64,000 bases of DNA from positions 23,230,299-23,294,298 of the forward strand of contig NC_134025.1 of assembly GCF_964204645.1 (NCBI RefSeq). The letters run 5' to 3'. The position numbers and the translations under genes are program-made. Source of the stretch: Tubulanus polymorphus (lineage: Eukaryota > Animalia > Nemertea). The notes under the pieces were generated by a model. It did no database searches. It was not told the DNA's origin and saw only the letters and a list, made by a program, of their open reading frames with translations. Below are positions 12,631 through 24,289 of the stretch, piece after piece (positions within the stretch are counted from its first letter, which is position 1; every line of letters starts with the position of its first letter).

Positions 12631-13966
12631 AGATTTTGTCATCGTATTTATTTTTAGTCTTTAGTCAGGATATTTCAGAAAATGTGTCCCATTATTTATT
12701 GTATTCTAATAACCAATAGGATAAGTATAAAACACCTTTACTGTTAGGCATCGTCACACAAGACTTGAACATGTAATTTTACAGTCGTTACACTCGCATG
12801 ACAAGCTGGTTAAGTGGACTTGTTCTATTAGTTTTACTGGTTTATAGCGCGATTGCCTTCTTCGATCCACGGTTAGTGCGCTTAATTTCACCTTCGTTTC
12901 TCTTTAAATCGTTAAGAGATAATTGCCCCTGATTTTTGAATGGGCACTTTTCAAATCTTTAGGGCCGTTATTCATCTTGGTCTTGAATGAGTAATTTACT
13001 TGAATGATTAGAAACTGCTCCCTTATAGCGGTCAAAATATAGCTTAATGAGCAATTAAATTAATCAACAATTATTTTCGTAATGCTGTTGAAAGCTGGTG
13101 GTATACCGCTTCTTTTTGAATACGTTGCCAGTAGAAAGTTGTATTCTACTTCCTTATCTGCTCCTTTGAATATCATTCAAAATACTGACTGTAGGTAGTT
13201 AAAGAACTGGAGGAATTTTTTCGAGATGCCGTCCACATTCGGTGGCGGTCCAGGAGGGGTCACGTGGGCATGTATTCCCTTTTTTTTGACCGAATGATCT
13301 TGGAATTTTCTCGCCAAGAATTGTTTAGAAAACGGTGATATTGTGAGTGTATTTCATTCCTAATTTCAACCAGGAAAGCGCTCAGAATGCAACAAACGTT
13401 CATCTAATTTTTCAATATTTCGTAAGGAGACAGTCAGACAGCCTTTTGGTGTTTCGCACCTGCGACGCTCGCTGACGACAGCTGGGCCGCAGTAACATGC
13501 CACAAACGCGTGTGAAATAGTGATCCAATATTCCAGGTGCGCCCCCGATGTTCATTGCTGCTTCCTCTTTGGCTGCCGATTCAAAGACAACTCTTTAATT
13601 TTGAAATTTAGAGCATGGAATGTATTGAAAAAGTGATTTGTATTGTAATCTACGAAAGCGTCCTGCGGACATCATTTATGAGAAATAGAAATTTATTTTT
13701 AGTTTTGATATATTTCAACAAAATCATTTAGGATTAATAAATAGTTTTGCCGATTTCATGTCGAGTTATTATATCGACGTAAATTCAGAATTTTTATGTC
13801 TTTCATTCAAAATTCGATTTTCCGTTGAGGTCCGCTGCCGACCTGGGGATATCATTTGTGAAAAATGAAAAATTTTTAATGTTTTCCCGATATCATGTCG
13901 AATTATTGTTGCGACATGAATTCAAATTTTTTTCATTCTTTGCAAATTATTTTATTTCGAGATAAT

Positions 13967-14103
13967 AGGTGCGTTCACACGACGAAATTTGGACTGGTCT
14001 AAGTTTGGTCCGGTCAAATATTGACCTAGCGTTCCCACAGACGAAAATACTTTTCCAAACTAGACTGGTCTAGTGTAGACCGGTCATTTTTGGCATGGTC
14101 TAA
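13967..14103. mobile_element. Fragment of a Harbinger/Tourist-like MITE
   Basis: Begins GGTGCGTTCACAC and has internal GACTGGTCTA/TAGACCGGTC subrepeats. It is interrupted by the element at 14104; the partner end was not found. Confidence 0.4.
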
Positions 14104-14792
14104 AGGCTGGCTTATGTCGATAAGCAATGCGACGCCTACCGACGCAACTGGGTTTATCGCCGATTAGTGGCAACTAGCGGCCTATGAGAGGCCACCAGTT
14201 GCTGCTCTATCGGTTCGACATAAGCCAGCTTGCGACGGCAACCCGTGGCCGACTGACTCGTCGTAAGCCGTATCTGGCTAGTTGCGTCATTAGCGTCATT
14301 CGTAATTAGTCATACACTTTCAAATTCAAGTATTTCGAAACGTAAACCAAACCTTCAGCATGGCAGATGACTGAACCGAAGATCTAGAAGCGAAATTGGT
14401 AGAATTATAGTGTGAGTGGCCATCTTTATATGATGTCGCTAGCACATTGTATTCAAAACAGAATCAGAAAGATAAAGATCTTAAAGAAATAGCTTTTCTA
14501 ATAGAAATATATTTCCCAATAATTCAAAATAAATCAAATTTATTCTAAAAATGCTTATCACGTGACCATCTCAGCCATTGCAGTTGCCAGTAATCGTAAC
14601 CGACATAAGCAGGGAAGCAACTGGGAGGGTCTCGTATCCCGCTAGTCGGCCTCAGTTGCTGCGAATCGGAGCGCAGTCGACATAAGCTGGGCTGCGATCG
14701 CGGTTGCTCTCAGTTGCGTCGGTAGGAGTCGATCGCGGTTGCTCTCAGTTGCGTCGGTAGGCATCGCGTTGCTTGTCGACATAAGCCAACCC
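14104..14792 (+). mobile_element. Non-autonomous PIF/Harbinger derivative with TAA target duplication
   Basis: TIRs of about 47 bp (AGGCTGGCTTATGTCGATAAGCAATGCGACGCCTACCGACGCAACTG / CAGTTGCGTCGGTAGGCATCGCGTTGCTTGTCGACATAAGCCAACCC), flanked by TAA at 14101-14103 and 14793-14795. Subterminal repeats and an internal MADF remnant are present. Confidence 0.85.
14360..14510 (+). pseudogene. Decayed MADF/Myb-SANT-like DNA-binding ORF (Harbinger ORF2 remnant)
   Basis: Manual translation gives MADD*TEDLEAKLVEL*CEWPSLYDVASTLYSKQNQKDKDLKEIA. Both stops (TGA, TAG) are one base from TGG at plausible Trp positions of the MADF pattern W..e.e..LI.......P.LYD.....Y.....K......IA. Confidence 0.75.
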
Positions 14793-15767
14793 TAAAAAGA
14801 GCGAACCAAATCGTAATTCTGAATCTCTGTGGTAGAGTATGAGTCCAGTTTATTAAGTTTTAAATGCTTTTATTAATGTTTATGTAATTAATTAATTTTT
14901 GATACCATGGAAATGTTTGGAGTGTAACAAATATTCGTATTCGTATGTCGCGATCATCATCCGTTTTACTTCCGTTTTATGAATCGTGTTAAAACGACAT
15001 TTAAGAGTTTCAGTGTGATAAAATAAAATTTTTGTTCCTCGTAAACGATGTCCCCAGGACGTTTTCGTAGTAATCACTTTTATCAATTTTCAGATTCTCT
15101 TCATTTGCCTTCAGCAGTGCGCGGCATAGATAACATCACTTTTTGAAGATAAATGAATATCCTTAGTAGTTAGTTATCCTAGTTATCCTATCTTTGTTTT
15201 CACAAAAAGGGGACACATTTTCTGAAATAAACTGTGCAATTTATAGGTGGAACAATGATGACACGGATTGACAAAGGCAGACTGACTATTGTTCTATGAT
15301 ACATCCAGCAACATTTATTTTTGATTAGATTGTATTGACGTTTTAATGTAATTGCGTAATGTTGTAATTAATTGTAAATACTGTTTTTTCCTCCATATAC
15401 CATGCAAATGGTTAGAGTGTAATTAATATTCGCATTCATTCATAACAAATGCGATCCAATAAATATTTATTAAGTTTACGAGCGGGCTTTCGAATGCATG
15501 AGACGTACTTGTGAAATACGTTCTTTACGAAAAATATGATTCCGATAAAATCATCCGGATCCTTCAGATCTACGAATACTGCGGCTGTATTTTGATGGAT
15601 CACCGTTATGAAAGCGCTGTCCGAGCAGTAAATATTTATCGTAAAGATTTATCGCTCCTGTGTTGAGGAAAATAACCCTTGAATTGAAACCATTCAAATT
15701 TATACAGTTCATAAAATTCACTTGTCCACTAGCCGGCGCTGATATCAGCCCGTCACTACGTGAATCC

Positions 15768-17327
15768 ATGGAAGGGCTAAAGGAACATGCCAGTTGCTAG
15801 TTGCAAATTACCAATTGCTAGTTGCCGAATGCTTTTTGTCAATGCTCATTTCCAGTTGAGCATTTTTTTAATCCGTCCATATATCCATTCACCCGTTCAT
15901 ATCCATTACTATAAAGAGGTCATAAAAAGTTTTTTCATCAGTTTTAATACAGACTTGTCACCGCAGGTCCCGAGAAGCTCTGCAAAATGGCGTGTGACTC
16001 TGCACTGCCGTGTGAGGTCTTACTTCATAATCATTGTTTTATAAGCTTAGTAACTTAAGATTAAATCTAACTATGGTTAGCAATTAAAATGAAAGAAAGT
16101 TAAGTTTTCCTTCTTTCATCAGTTTTAATGCAGACCTATAACCACAGGTCGTGAGAAGCTGTATACATTTATATATATATATACCACTTTAGGCGAAAAA
16201 CGTTTATGACAAATGTTTATCTTATGAATTATCTTAGCCAGGAATATATTTAAGGAATTGTTTCTGAATGGATATCTAGCCGTGAAGGGTGTCTAGGGGC
16301 TCTAGGACCGACTGCTTATAACGCCTCATCAACTTCGACTTCGGTTTGATTCTGTATTGCAATGTCTCCCATTACCAACTTTGTTGATCACACAACAATG
16401 CGCATGCTCATGAACAACGATCAACAAAACTAAAAAGTGCCTATTAAAATATGAAAGGACCGTATTTCAAAACAAATTGTATCGGAATGTGATGCATGGC
16501 AATATATATTGAAAGAAGATTCCATCATTTTAAATTGCGAGTTCAACCGTCAAGTCCTGACTATTACGCCCGAATTCACAAAACTTTCAGCGCGCTTTAA
16601 GTTGGCTTTACGATGGCCTAGTGACCGTTTGAATGCGGTTTTAGAATATTTCGAATGTGCTCATTTTAACGATATCAAATTTGTTACCCTTTACGAATAT
16701 TTTATCGTTGACATTTTTTGTCTGAAAATAGCACGTTCAGGGGCGGTAAGTCGGCGGGCAATTCGGAATTAACTCAAAGACAGCAGATTTCGTTTATCAT
16801 ATTTTATATGAATGAAAACTTCAGAACATTTCCAACAAGTTTCTCACTGGTTGTGATGGTCTATCTTGAAAAATAAAAAGGTTTTACGCTAGTGAACGTT
16901 TTTAAGTCATGTTTTTCTAAAAAGAACAATCGCTCCATTTTGGAAAATAACGGATCATTGTTGCTACGCTACGAGGTCCGCAACAATTGAAAACAAATCA
17001 ATGGCAGTGCGTGGAGCGGCCAGATATTGCACTATTATGAACGAAATAGTTGGTAATGCAGAATCTGAATCTGACATAATGCGCGTGACAAGCTGCGTAT
17101 GTACGCACTGGGTCTAGTGTGGCAGGGTTTCGTACCGTGGCAATCTCGATACCTTCAGGTTCGAGTCCCTGCCGGGAGGATAATTTTATACTGGGGATCA
17201 ATAACAGAAATATACACAGAGGTGGCGCTAGCGGACGAACAACCAATTATCAATAAGCAAACTAGTAATAACTATGGCATATGGCAATTAGCAACTAGCA
17301 ACTGGCATGTCCCTTAAACGCTTCCAT
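15768..17327. mobile_element. Non-coding TIR element of about 1.56 kb, superfamily unassigned
   Basis: The left end ATGGAAGGGCTAAAGGAACATGCCAGTTGCTAGTTGC matches the reverse complement of the right end GCAACTAGCAACTGGCATGTCCCTTAAACGCTTCCAT. No clear long TSD (possibly AT). Confidence 0.75.
17105..17177 (+). other. tRNA-like / SINE-head-like Pol III promoter remnant
   Basis: A-box-like GGTCTAGTGTGG and B-box GGTTCGAGTCCC at tRNA-like spacing. No convincing cloverleaf. Confidence 0.4.
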
Positions 17328-17431
17328 ATTGCTGTCCGAATCATTAATGCAGAAAACCCATTATCGTTAGTTGTTAAGATCGCGGAATCATTAAAGCAGA
17401 AAACCTGTTATTGCTGCTTTGCAGCTATATT

Positions 17432-17478
17432 TCTTATCCTGAAGATGAATATTAGAATATAGTCGAAAATATAGTGGT
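17432..17478 (+). ncRNA. Candidate minimal hammerhead ribozyme motif (Penelope-type)
   Basis: CTGAAGA (17439-17445), a short hairpin (GAATAT...ATAGTC, one mismatch), GAAA (17465-17468), then palindromic ATAT. Confidence 0.4.
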
Positions 17479-18029
17479 TATCATTATGGGATTCGCTAAG
17501 TGTTTTGTCTATGTTTAGTTCTATTTCTCTTTGTGACAGTTAGATTATTTTGCCATTTTTCACGTTCATATCAGTTTATATGATAGTTATTTCATCCTCC
17601 GCAGTTTAAGTATTTGAAATTTTTTATCAGTAGTTCAACTTGTCAGTTTATATGACGTAGCTCTTTGATCGATACATTATTCCAGACTCTAATTAGCTCC
17701 TTATTTTTGACATTATCAATTAGTACCGATTGTGAACGCAGGGTAAAATCTGAAAGCGGGGCCGCACACTAGCCTCAAACTGCAACTACGCCGCAAGGCA
17801 GTTCATCAGCGACATTGACGCCGAAAACTTTTCCTGAACACTAGCAACAACGACGCAGCTTCAAGTGCTGCATCTGCCACTATTGATGGTCGTTTGGCCA
17901 ATTAATCAATAAAATGATCGCGACGCATGTGCACTGAAACTAAATCCTGCAGCACTGCAGACTCAGAATTAGGCACTCATTACGCACTCAGGCGTACTTG
18001 CCACGCCATGTCAGAAATGAGAAAAATTT

Positions 18030-18298
18030 ATTCTCTTGTTATCAAACCAAAGCCATGAGCTAAATTTTTCCTCTGCCGTCACCAAATCAGAACCATGGAC
18101 GAAACTTTGACTCTTTCGTCACCAAACAAGAGCGGTGAACCAAACTTTGACTCTTTGGTCACCAAAACATAGCTGTGAACCAAACTTTGAATCTTTGGTC
18201 ACCAAACCAGGGTCGTGACCCAACTTTGACTCTCAGGTCATCAAACCAGGACCAAGAACCAAACGTTGAATCTTTGGTCACCGCACCAGGGCCATGAA
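18030..18298. repeat. Minisatellite, unit of about 40 bp, about 6.5 copies
   Basis: Consensus CTCTTTGGTCACCAAACCAGGGCCGTGAACCAAACTTTGA repeated head to tail. Confidence 0.9.
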
Positions 18299-18667
18299 TG
18301 AATGTCCAAAGCTATAAAGTCTATAAGAACAAGTTATTTATGTTGTCTTCACGATTCTATTTGAGAATGAAATGATTTACGTGGAATTAATGATGTTGAT
18401 AATGTAAGAATCATATTGTATATAAGTGCTGCTGCTGCCACTGGTTTATTGGCTGGCAGATTCTCTAAATCAACAAACATATCTCTGTCATTGATTCATT
18501 GCTGCTTGTCTCTACAAGATGTATAAATTTGACATATAAACTTGATCCCAGTTGGAACCTATTAGTGCCAGTGAGAAGACAAATGATAAAATGAGAAAAG
18601 CCAATAAGAAAAAGCCATATGAAAAGAAAAAAATGAAACGAATGTAAAACAGCATAAAATGCTGATA

Positions 18668-18851
18668 TAAAGAGTGGGGTCTGAGAGCAATTCGAAGGTT
18701 TACTGTCCTGCTGGCCTAGATGGCGGGCAGGGGTCTATTCCTACCTCGCCTCAAAAACACAGAGAAGAAAATAAAGAGTGGGATCTGAGAGCAATTCAAA
18801 GGTTTAGTGTCCTGCACGCTTAGAGGGTGGGCAGGGGTCTATTCCTACCTC
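18668..18851. repeat. Direct duplication of about 80 bp (period about 103 bp)
   Basis: ATAAAGAGTGGG.TCTGAGAGCAATTC.AAGGTTTA.TGTCCTGC...GGGCAGGGGTCTATTCCTACCTC at about 18668 and about 18771. Confidence 0.85.
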
Positions 18852-19611
18852 AACTCATAATAATGCTGTGTGCTGAAACAAAAAACAGTGAAAAAGAAAA
18901 AAGGAAAAATGGCAAATCATAAATGATGAAATATGGCTGGAGTTTTATTTGTTCCACTGGGTTCAAGTGTAACTTAAAAAGACAATGAAAGAGATTGTTT
19001 ATGATCTATTTTATAACATGTCGATATCTGTAGTTAAGCCTTGATTGGTAAATGTTTTGAATAGGATTCTATAAAACAACTTGCTCATAAAATGCCTCTC
19101 GCAGTAGTAATAGCTGACTATCAACTGTCATTGGTCGACGATTGTTTCATAATGAGAATGAAGAATTTGTGAAGCAACATGAATAGCCTTGTTAATTTTT
19201 GATCTATCCGAATCGGCCATCATTCTTGTCCTTGGTTTGTGTTTTGCCCTCCTCACACGATTGTGAGTAGTGGTTTGGCCTGGTTCTGGTGAACCCTCCA
19301 TACCTTCCTCCCTTGAAAAAATGTTTTGAAACACTTAACTGAAACTCATTCCATTTGATAAATGAGATCTATTTACAGCAACATGCTGTGAAACTTACAT
19401 TGATATGAACAATCCGCAACATAATGTCTGCGGATTATGGTCACATATGATTATTAATTGTGGCTAAGAAAAAATAGGATCATTTGTGTCTTGTGAATGA
19501 TGCAATCGATTAAGTATTTCTATTTGTTAATTCAATTGATATGATCGTGAAAAATGGCAAACCCTTTTTGAGGTATTGTACAGATGAGTGACGTCATAGG
19601 GAGAGACGAAA

Positions 19612-20025
19612 GAGTTGAGGCTTGATGGGAGGGCATTGAGGGAGGCTAGGTGGGTGGGCATTGAGGGAGGGCTTGATGGGAGGGCATTGAGGGAGGCTAG
19701 GTGGGTGGGCATTGAGGGAGGCTAGGTGGGTGGGCATTGTGGGAGGGAGGGAGGGATGGGGTCAGGGAGGGTGGAAGGGATGGGGTCAGGGAGGGTTGGG
19801 GTCAGGTAGGGGGAGGCAAGGGGTCAGGTAGGGGGGAGGGAAGGGGTCTGGGAGGGTAGGGGTCTGGGGGGGGGAGGGAAGGGGTCTGGGAGGGAAGGGG
19901 TCTGGGAGGGGGGAGGGAAGGGGTCTGGGAGGGGGAGGGAAGGGGTCTGGGAGGGCGGGAGGGAAGGGGTCTGGGAGGGCGGGAGGGAAGGGGTCTGGGA
20001 GGGGGGAGGGAATGGGGTCTGGGAG
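19612..20025 (+). repeat. G-rich tandem repeat (GGGAGGGAAGGGGTCTGGGAGG-like), G-quadruplex-prone
   Basis: Repeated G3-G7 runs. It abuts the 240-bp repeat starting at about 20025. Confidence 0.9.
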
Positions 20026-20290
20026 GTTAGATAAGTTGAAGTGTTACGATGTTTTAGTTAGACGGATGGGAATTGTGAAGATGAGAGAACAAATCACTGT
20101 TCTATCACAGGATGAAGTAATGCAGTGATCTGTACTCTGTATCTGCACACAATGTTACACGTATCTGTAACTGTTCAATCAGGTCGAAATCTACAGCAAA
20201 ATTGTGAACACATTTGATTGTGACGAAAGAACATAATCTGATTGATTGAAAACTTTGAGATGTTACTTGTCATTGATTATTGTTCGTTTT

Positions 20291-23200
20291 TCTTTTCAGA
20301 ATGAAATAAACGCAATAGAATCTACTATCTAAAAGATAAGTTCAAAGCTAATGATGAATTTCTCTACAGCATTCTTCAGAGTCTCTATCGAAACCTTGAA
20401 TTATTTTCGAACTAAAAACTGCTATTTTACTCTCATTTCAGAAACACACAGCACCAGCACCAGCAGCAGCTAAAACCTGTTTGGAAATATATCAATATTC
20501 ATTATCCATTTATTTTTCATATCACCAAAGTTTGAGGTGAGTTTTCAATCATTTTAATCCTGATCGAAGTTGAAATTATCAACGTCTTATGTTTTTCATA
20601 CATATTTTTACAGTGGACAGAACGATGGAGGTGTTACCGCCTAACAGCTGACCTCAAATACCGTTAGCTTAAAAACGTTGAGGAAAATGGTGAGATATGG
20701 TTCGAAATTGCTTGTATTTCATATCAACTTATGTAATGTATGCTTCTCTACGACGTTTGTATTTCAGGGGCCAAAATGAAGGTGAACCATTGCAAATCTG
20801 CAAAAACTCAGAAGTGGTGAGTTTTCGATTTGCAGTTATTTGTGGTATTGTATGTTTGTAATTTTCTCTGCATAATTCAACCTGGTTCTTGCGTAGTAAA
20901 AGCAGTATGCTTCAATTATCTATGTCTTAATTTTTTCAGGAAATCATCAGTGCTCTTAACTTCATGAAATTTAAATGGTATGCATGGTCAAAATGGTACT
21001 AAAAACTACTCCGATTATCTGGTGAGTTTTTCATCACTCCACTGTGCGCTTATTTGATAATAACCTGGCAATATATAAAATTCTATACAGTATTTTTATG
21101 TGTCATTCTCTCAAAAGCTTAGTAAGAAGTGCTGCTCAAAATCTCCTCGGGGAAAACTCGTGGACTATTTGCAACAATAAAGAAAACGGGTAAGAAAAAT
21201 AGTAATTTTCAGAAAAGCCGACACATTTGATGTTTCTTAATTTCACTATTATCAATTTCTCACAGAATAAAATCCACGCAGAACCAGAATTTACAGCTCG
21301 TAAGACGCAGTTGAAAGTTTAACCTGAAGATATTGCTAGATCATCCTCACATGCATCCTGATAATTCTGCAAATAAGTGAGATGAATGTTGGTGAGCTTC
21401 AATCTAAAACGACACTCAGTTCATAACAGCTTAACTGACAATTTAAAGCATTTATGCATTTGTATTTTAGGGGCCAAAATAAGCGGAACCTTTGACAGAA
21501 TCTGTGTACAGTAAACGCTAGGAATTCACTGAAGATTTGTAACTGATGAACATCGATTTAGATCCTCTAATTTAAAGAAAGTACCGGTAAATATCTCTGC
21601 AGATTCCAGTCTCTGTAAAACTTGCTGCTGTTTGACTAAAATGTATGAAGTCATTTCCTGATAAAAAGTTTTTTTTTTATGACCATCCTGTTCGTTCCAT
21701 GCATAGGATGAAAAACTTCTGAGCGAGAAACAGTGGAGAATTTGAAATCATTCCACCAGCAGAATTAAACACCATGGAACTACTGTCGGTTATTAATCAG
21801 TTAAGGTGAATTTTGAATCACTTCAATCCTGATAAAAGTTAAAAGTTAAAATTATGAAGTCAAAATTATGCAACTTTTCTACTTTAGTGGCCAAAATGAA
21901 ACTGAATATCAACAAATCTGCAAACAGAAAACATTGCGTTCTACAAATCAAACACAAGTCAGAAGTGGTGAGTTTAATTTGAATTTATTGGTGTAATTTG
22001 TGGTGATTTATCTGTTAAAAACTTTATTTATCATTTTATGTTTAAATAGATATATCTTTATAAATCAAGTCAGGAAAATGTTTTTGGTTTTTGATCAGTC
22101 AATGTCAGCAGATAGACATAATGCTTTTCGTGCATTTCATTTTAGAGGACATTCTTTAGCTACCATCAGACTCCTCAGAAATCTGCATACACTCAACACA
22201 TTGGGATAAACTACTCAAAAACTTGGTGGGTTTTCAGTCCATAGTACACGAACAGTCTGCATTTTCTATTTATTTCACTAATTATTTTCTTCTTTCCAGA
22301 CTGCGGTGCACCCATCACAAATTGCGCTGGAAAAATGTAAAATATTCACCTTCAAATACATGTTACAAGGAAGCTCGTTATTGTTGCTGAAGCTACTACT
22401 GTTATTCATCAGAAACTAAGTAATTTTGTCTATGCTTTTCAACCTGTTAAACTTTACAACTGTACAGCTCAATCATACATGTATTTATTTTTTTTCAGTA
22501 AATTGTCAGTACTCTTTACGACGTTATGGCTCTTGGAGATGAAATCCTGCAGTCAGCGTGGTCAAAAGGCACTAAACTAAGCCGATACGCTACAAGTTAG
22601 AAATGGTGAGTTTTGCTCTAATTTGATAATAACTTAGTAATATATCATTCTCTACAGTATTTTAATGTGTCATTCTCTTGAAAGCTTTGTGGGAAGTGTT
22701 GCTGCTGCATCCTCTATCAAAATCTCCTCCTCAGGAAATATCGTGGACAATTTCCTACCATAATTAAAATGGGTAAGAAAAATAGTAATTTTCAGAATAG
22801 CAGACACATGTAATGTTTCTTTATTTCATTAATCAATTTTCTCTTGACAGGGTAAAGTTCATCACTAGAATTTACAGCTCCTGAAATTTACAGCATGACC
22901 TGGTTCAAAGTTCACCTCTAGATTCTCCTCACATGTAGCCTAACAATTCTGCAAACAAGTGAGATGAAAGTTGTGAGCTTCAATCTGAAACAGATCTCAT
23001 TTCATAACAACTTAACTGACAATTTCTGAAATTGATAAATTTGTATTTTAGGAGCCAAAATAAGCCAAACCCGTGACAGAATCTGTGAAGACTAAATACT
23101 AGGAATTCACTGAATATTTGTAAATGATGGACATAGCTTTGGATCCTCATTACAAGCACCGGTAAATATCTCTGCAGATTCCATTCTCTATAAAACTTGC

Positions 23201-24289
23201 TGCTGTTTGACTGTAAATGTATGAAGTCATTTCCTGTTAAAAAGCTTAGTCTTTTACAACCATCCAGTTCAACACATAGAATGAATAACTTCCGAGCTAG
23301 AAACAGTCGAGAATTTGAAATCATTCCACTAGAATTAAACACCATGGAATGACAGAAAGTCAGCAAAATGGTGGGTCAGAAATTTGCTCGACGGATTGTG
23401 ATAAACTACTCAAAAGCCTGGTGGGTTTTCTGTCAATCGAACACAAACATGCTGCAGTTTCTATTTATTTCACCAATTATTTTCTGACATAATTTTTCTT
23501 TTCTTTCCAGAATGTGATGCACCAGACACGAATTGCAGCTGGAGAAATTGAGAATATTCACCTTCAAATAATGAAGATGTTTGTTGCTGAAGTTGCTATT
23601 ATTTCTATGAGAAACCAAGTAATTTTCTCTACACAATTCAGCCTGGTTCTCGTTTGTTATAAAACTTTGCGGTTTAATTATTTGTGAGTTCATTTTTTTT
23701 TCAGTAAATCGTCAGTGCTCTTAATTTTATGACATTATGGCTCTTGGAAGTGAAATCCTGCTAGAAATGGAAATGGTCTCCATGGTCAAAATGGTACAAC
23801 ACTTAAAAGACTGCCATCAGATAAACACAAGTTTGATAATGGTTTGTCTTCTAATAATATTTAGCCCCAATTTCTGACTGCTAGAGTTTTGTATATACGA
23901 TGTTAATTGTTCTCATCCACCTCATCAATATGATTTTTTTGCAGCATGAAATTTGTACAAAAACAGTTTGAAAGTTCATTTTCAAATACATGTTATGAGG
24001 AAGCTCGTTATTGTTGCTGAAGCTGTTACTTTTATTCATCAGAAACTAAGTAATTTTGTCTATGTTTTTCAACCCGGTAAACTTTACAACTGTACAGCTC
24101 AATCATACATGTATTTATTTTTTTTTCAGTAAATTGTCAGTACTCTTTATGACGTTATGGCTCTTGTAGATGAAATCCTGCAGTCAGCGTGGTGAATAGG
24201 CACTAAACTAAGCCGATACGGTACAAGTTAGAAATGGTGAGTTTTGCACTAATTTGATAATAACCCGAGTAATATATCATTCTCAACAG
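20291..24289 (+). ncRNA. Putative multi-exon non-coding transcript or decayed multi-exon gene; internally duplicated, continues between the DIRS copies to about 42.7 kb
   Basis: Plus-strand donors (GTGAGT/GTGAGA/GTAAGA/GTGGGT at about 20537, 20690, 20817, 21022, 21190, 21392, 21968, 22226, 22606, 22773, 23421, 24237) alternate regularly with pyrimidine-tract acceptors (about 20613, 20767, 20939, 21265, 21470, 21887, 22145, 22299, 22498, 22850, 23051, 23510, 23704, 23944, 24129). Most introns are about 75-120 nt. Exon 20614-20689 has stops in all three frames. Confidence 0.55.

Noticed and set aside
17105-17177. Functional tRNA gene
   Set aside because: The acceptor and anticodon stems do not pair properly; kept only as a tRNA-like remnant.
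20291-24289. snoRNA host gene interpretation of the exon array
   Set aside because: No properly arranged C/D or H/ACA boxes were seen in the intron examined closely, and most introns are very short. Not exhaustively excluded.
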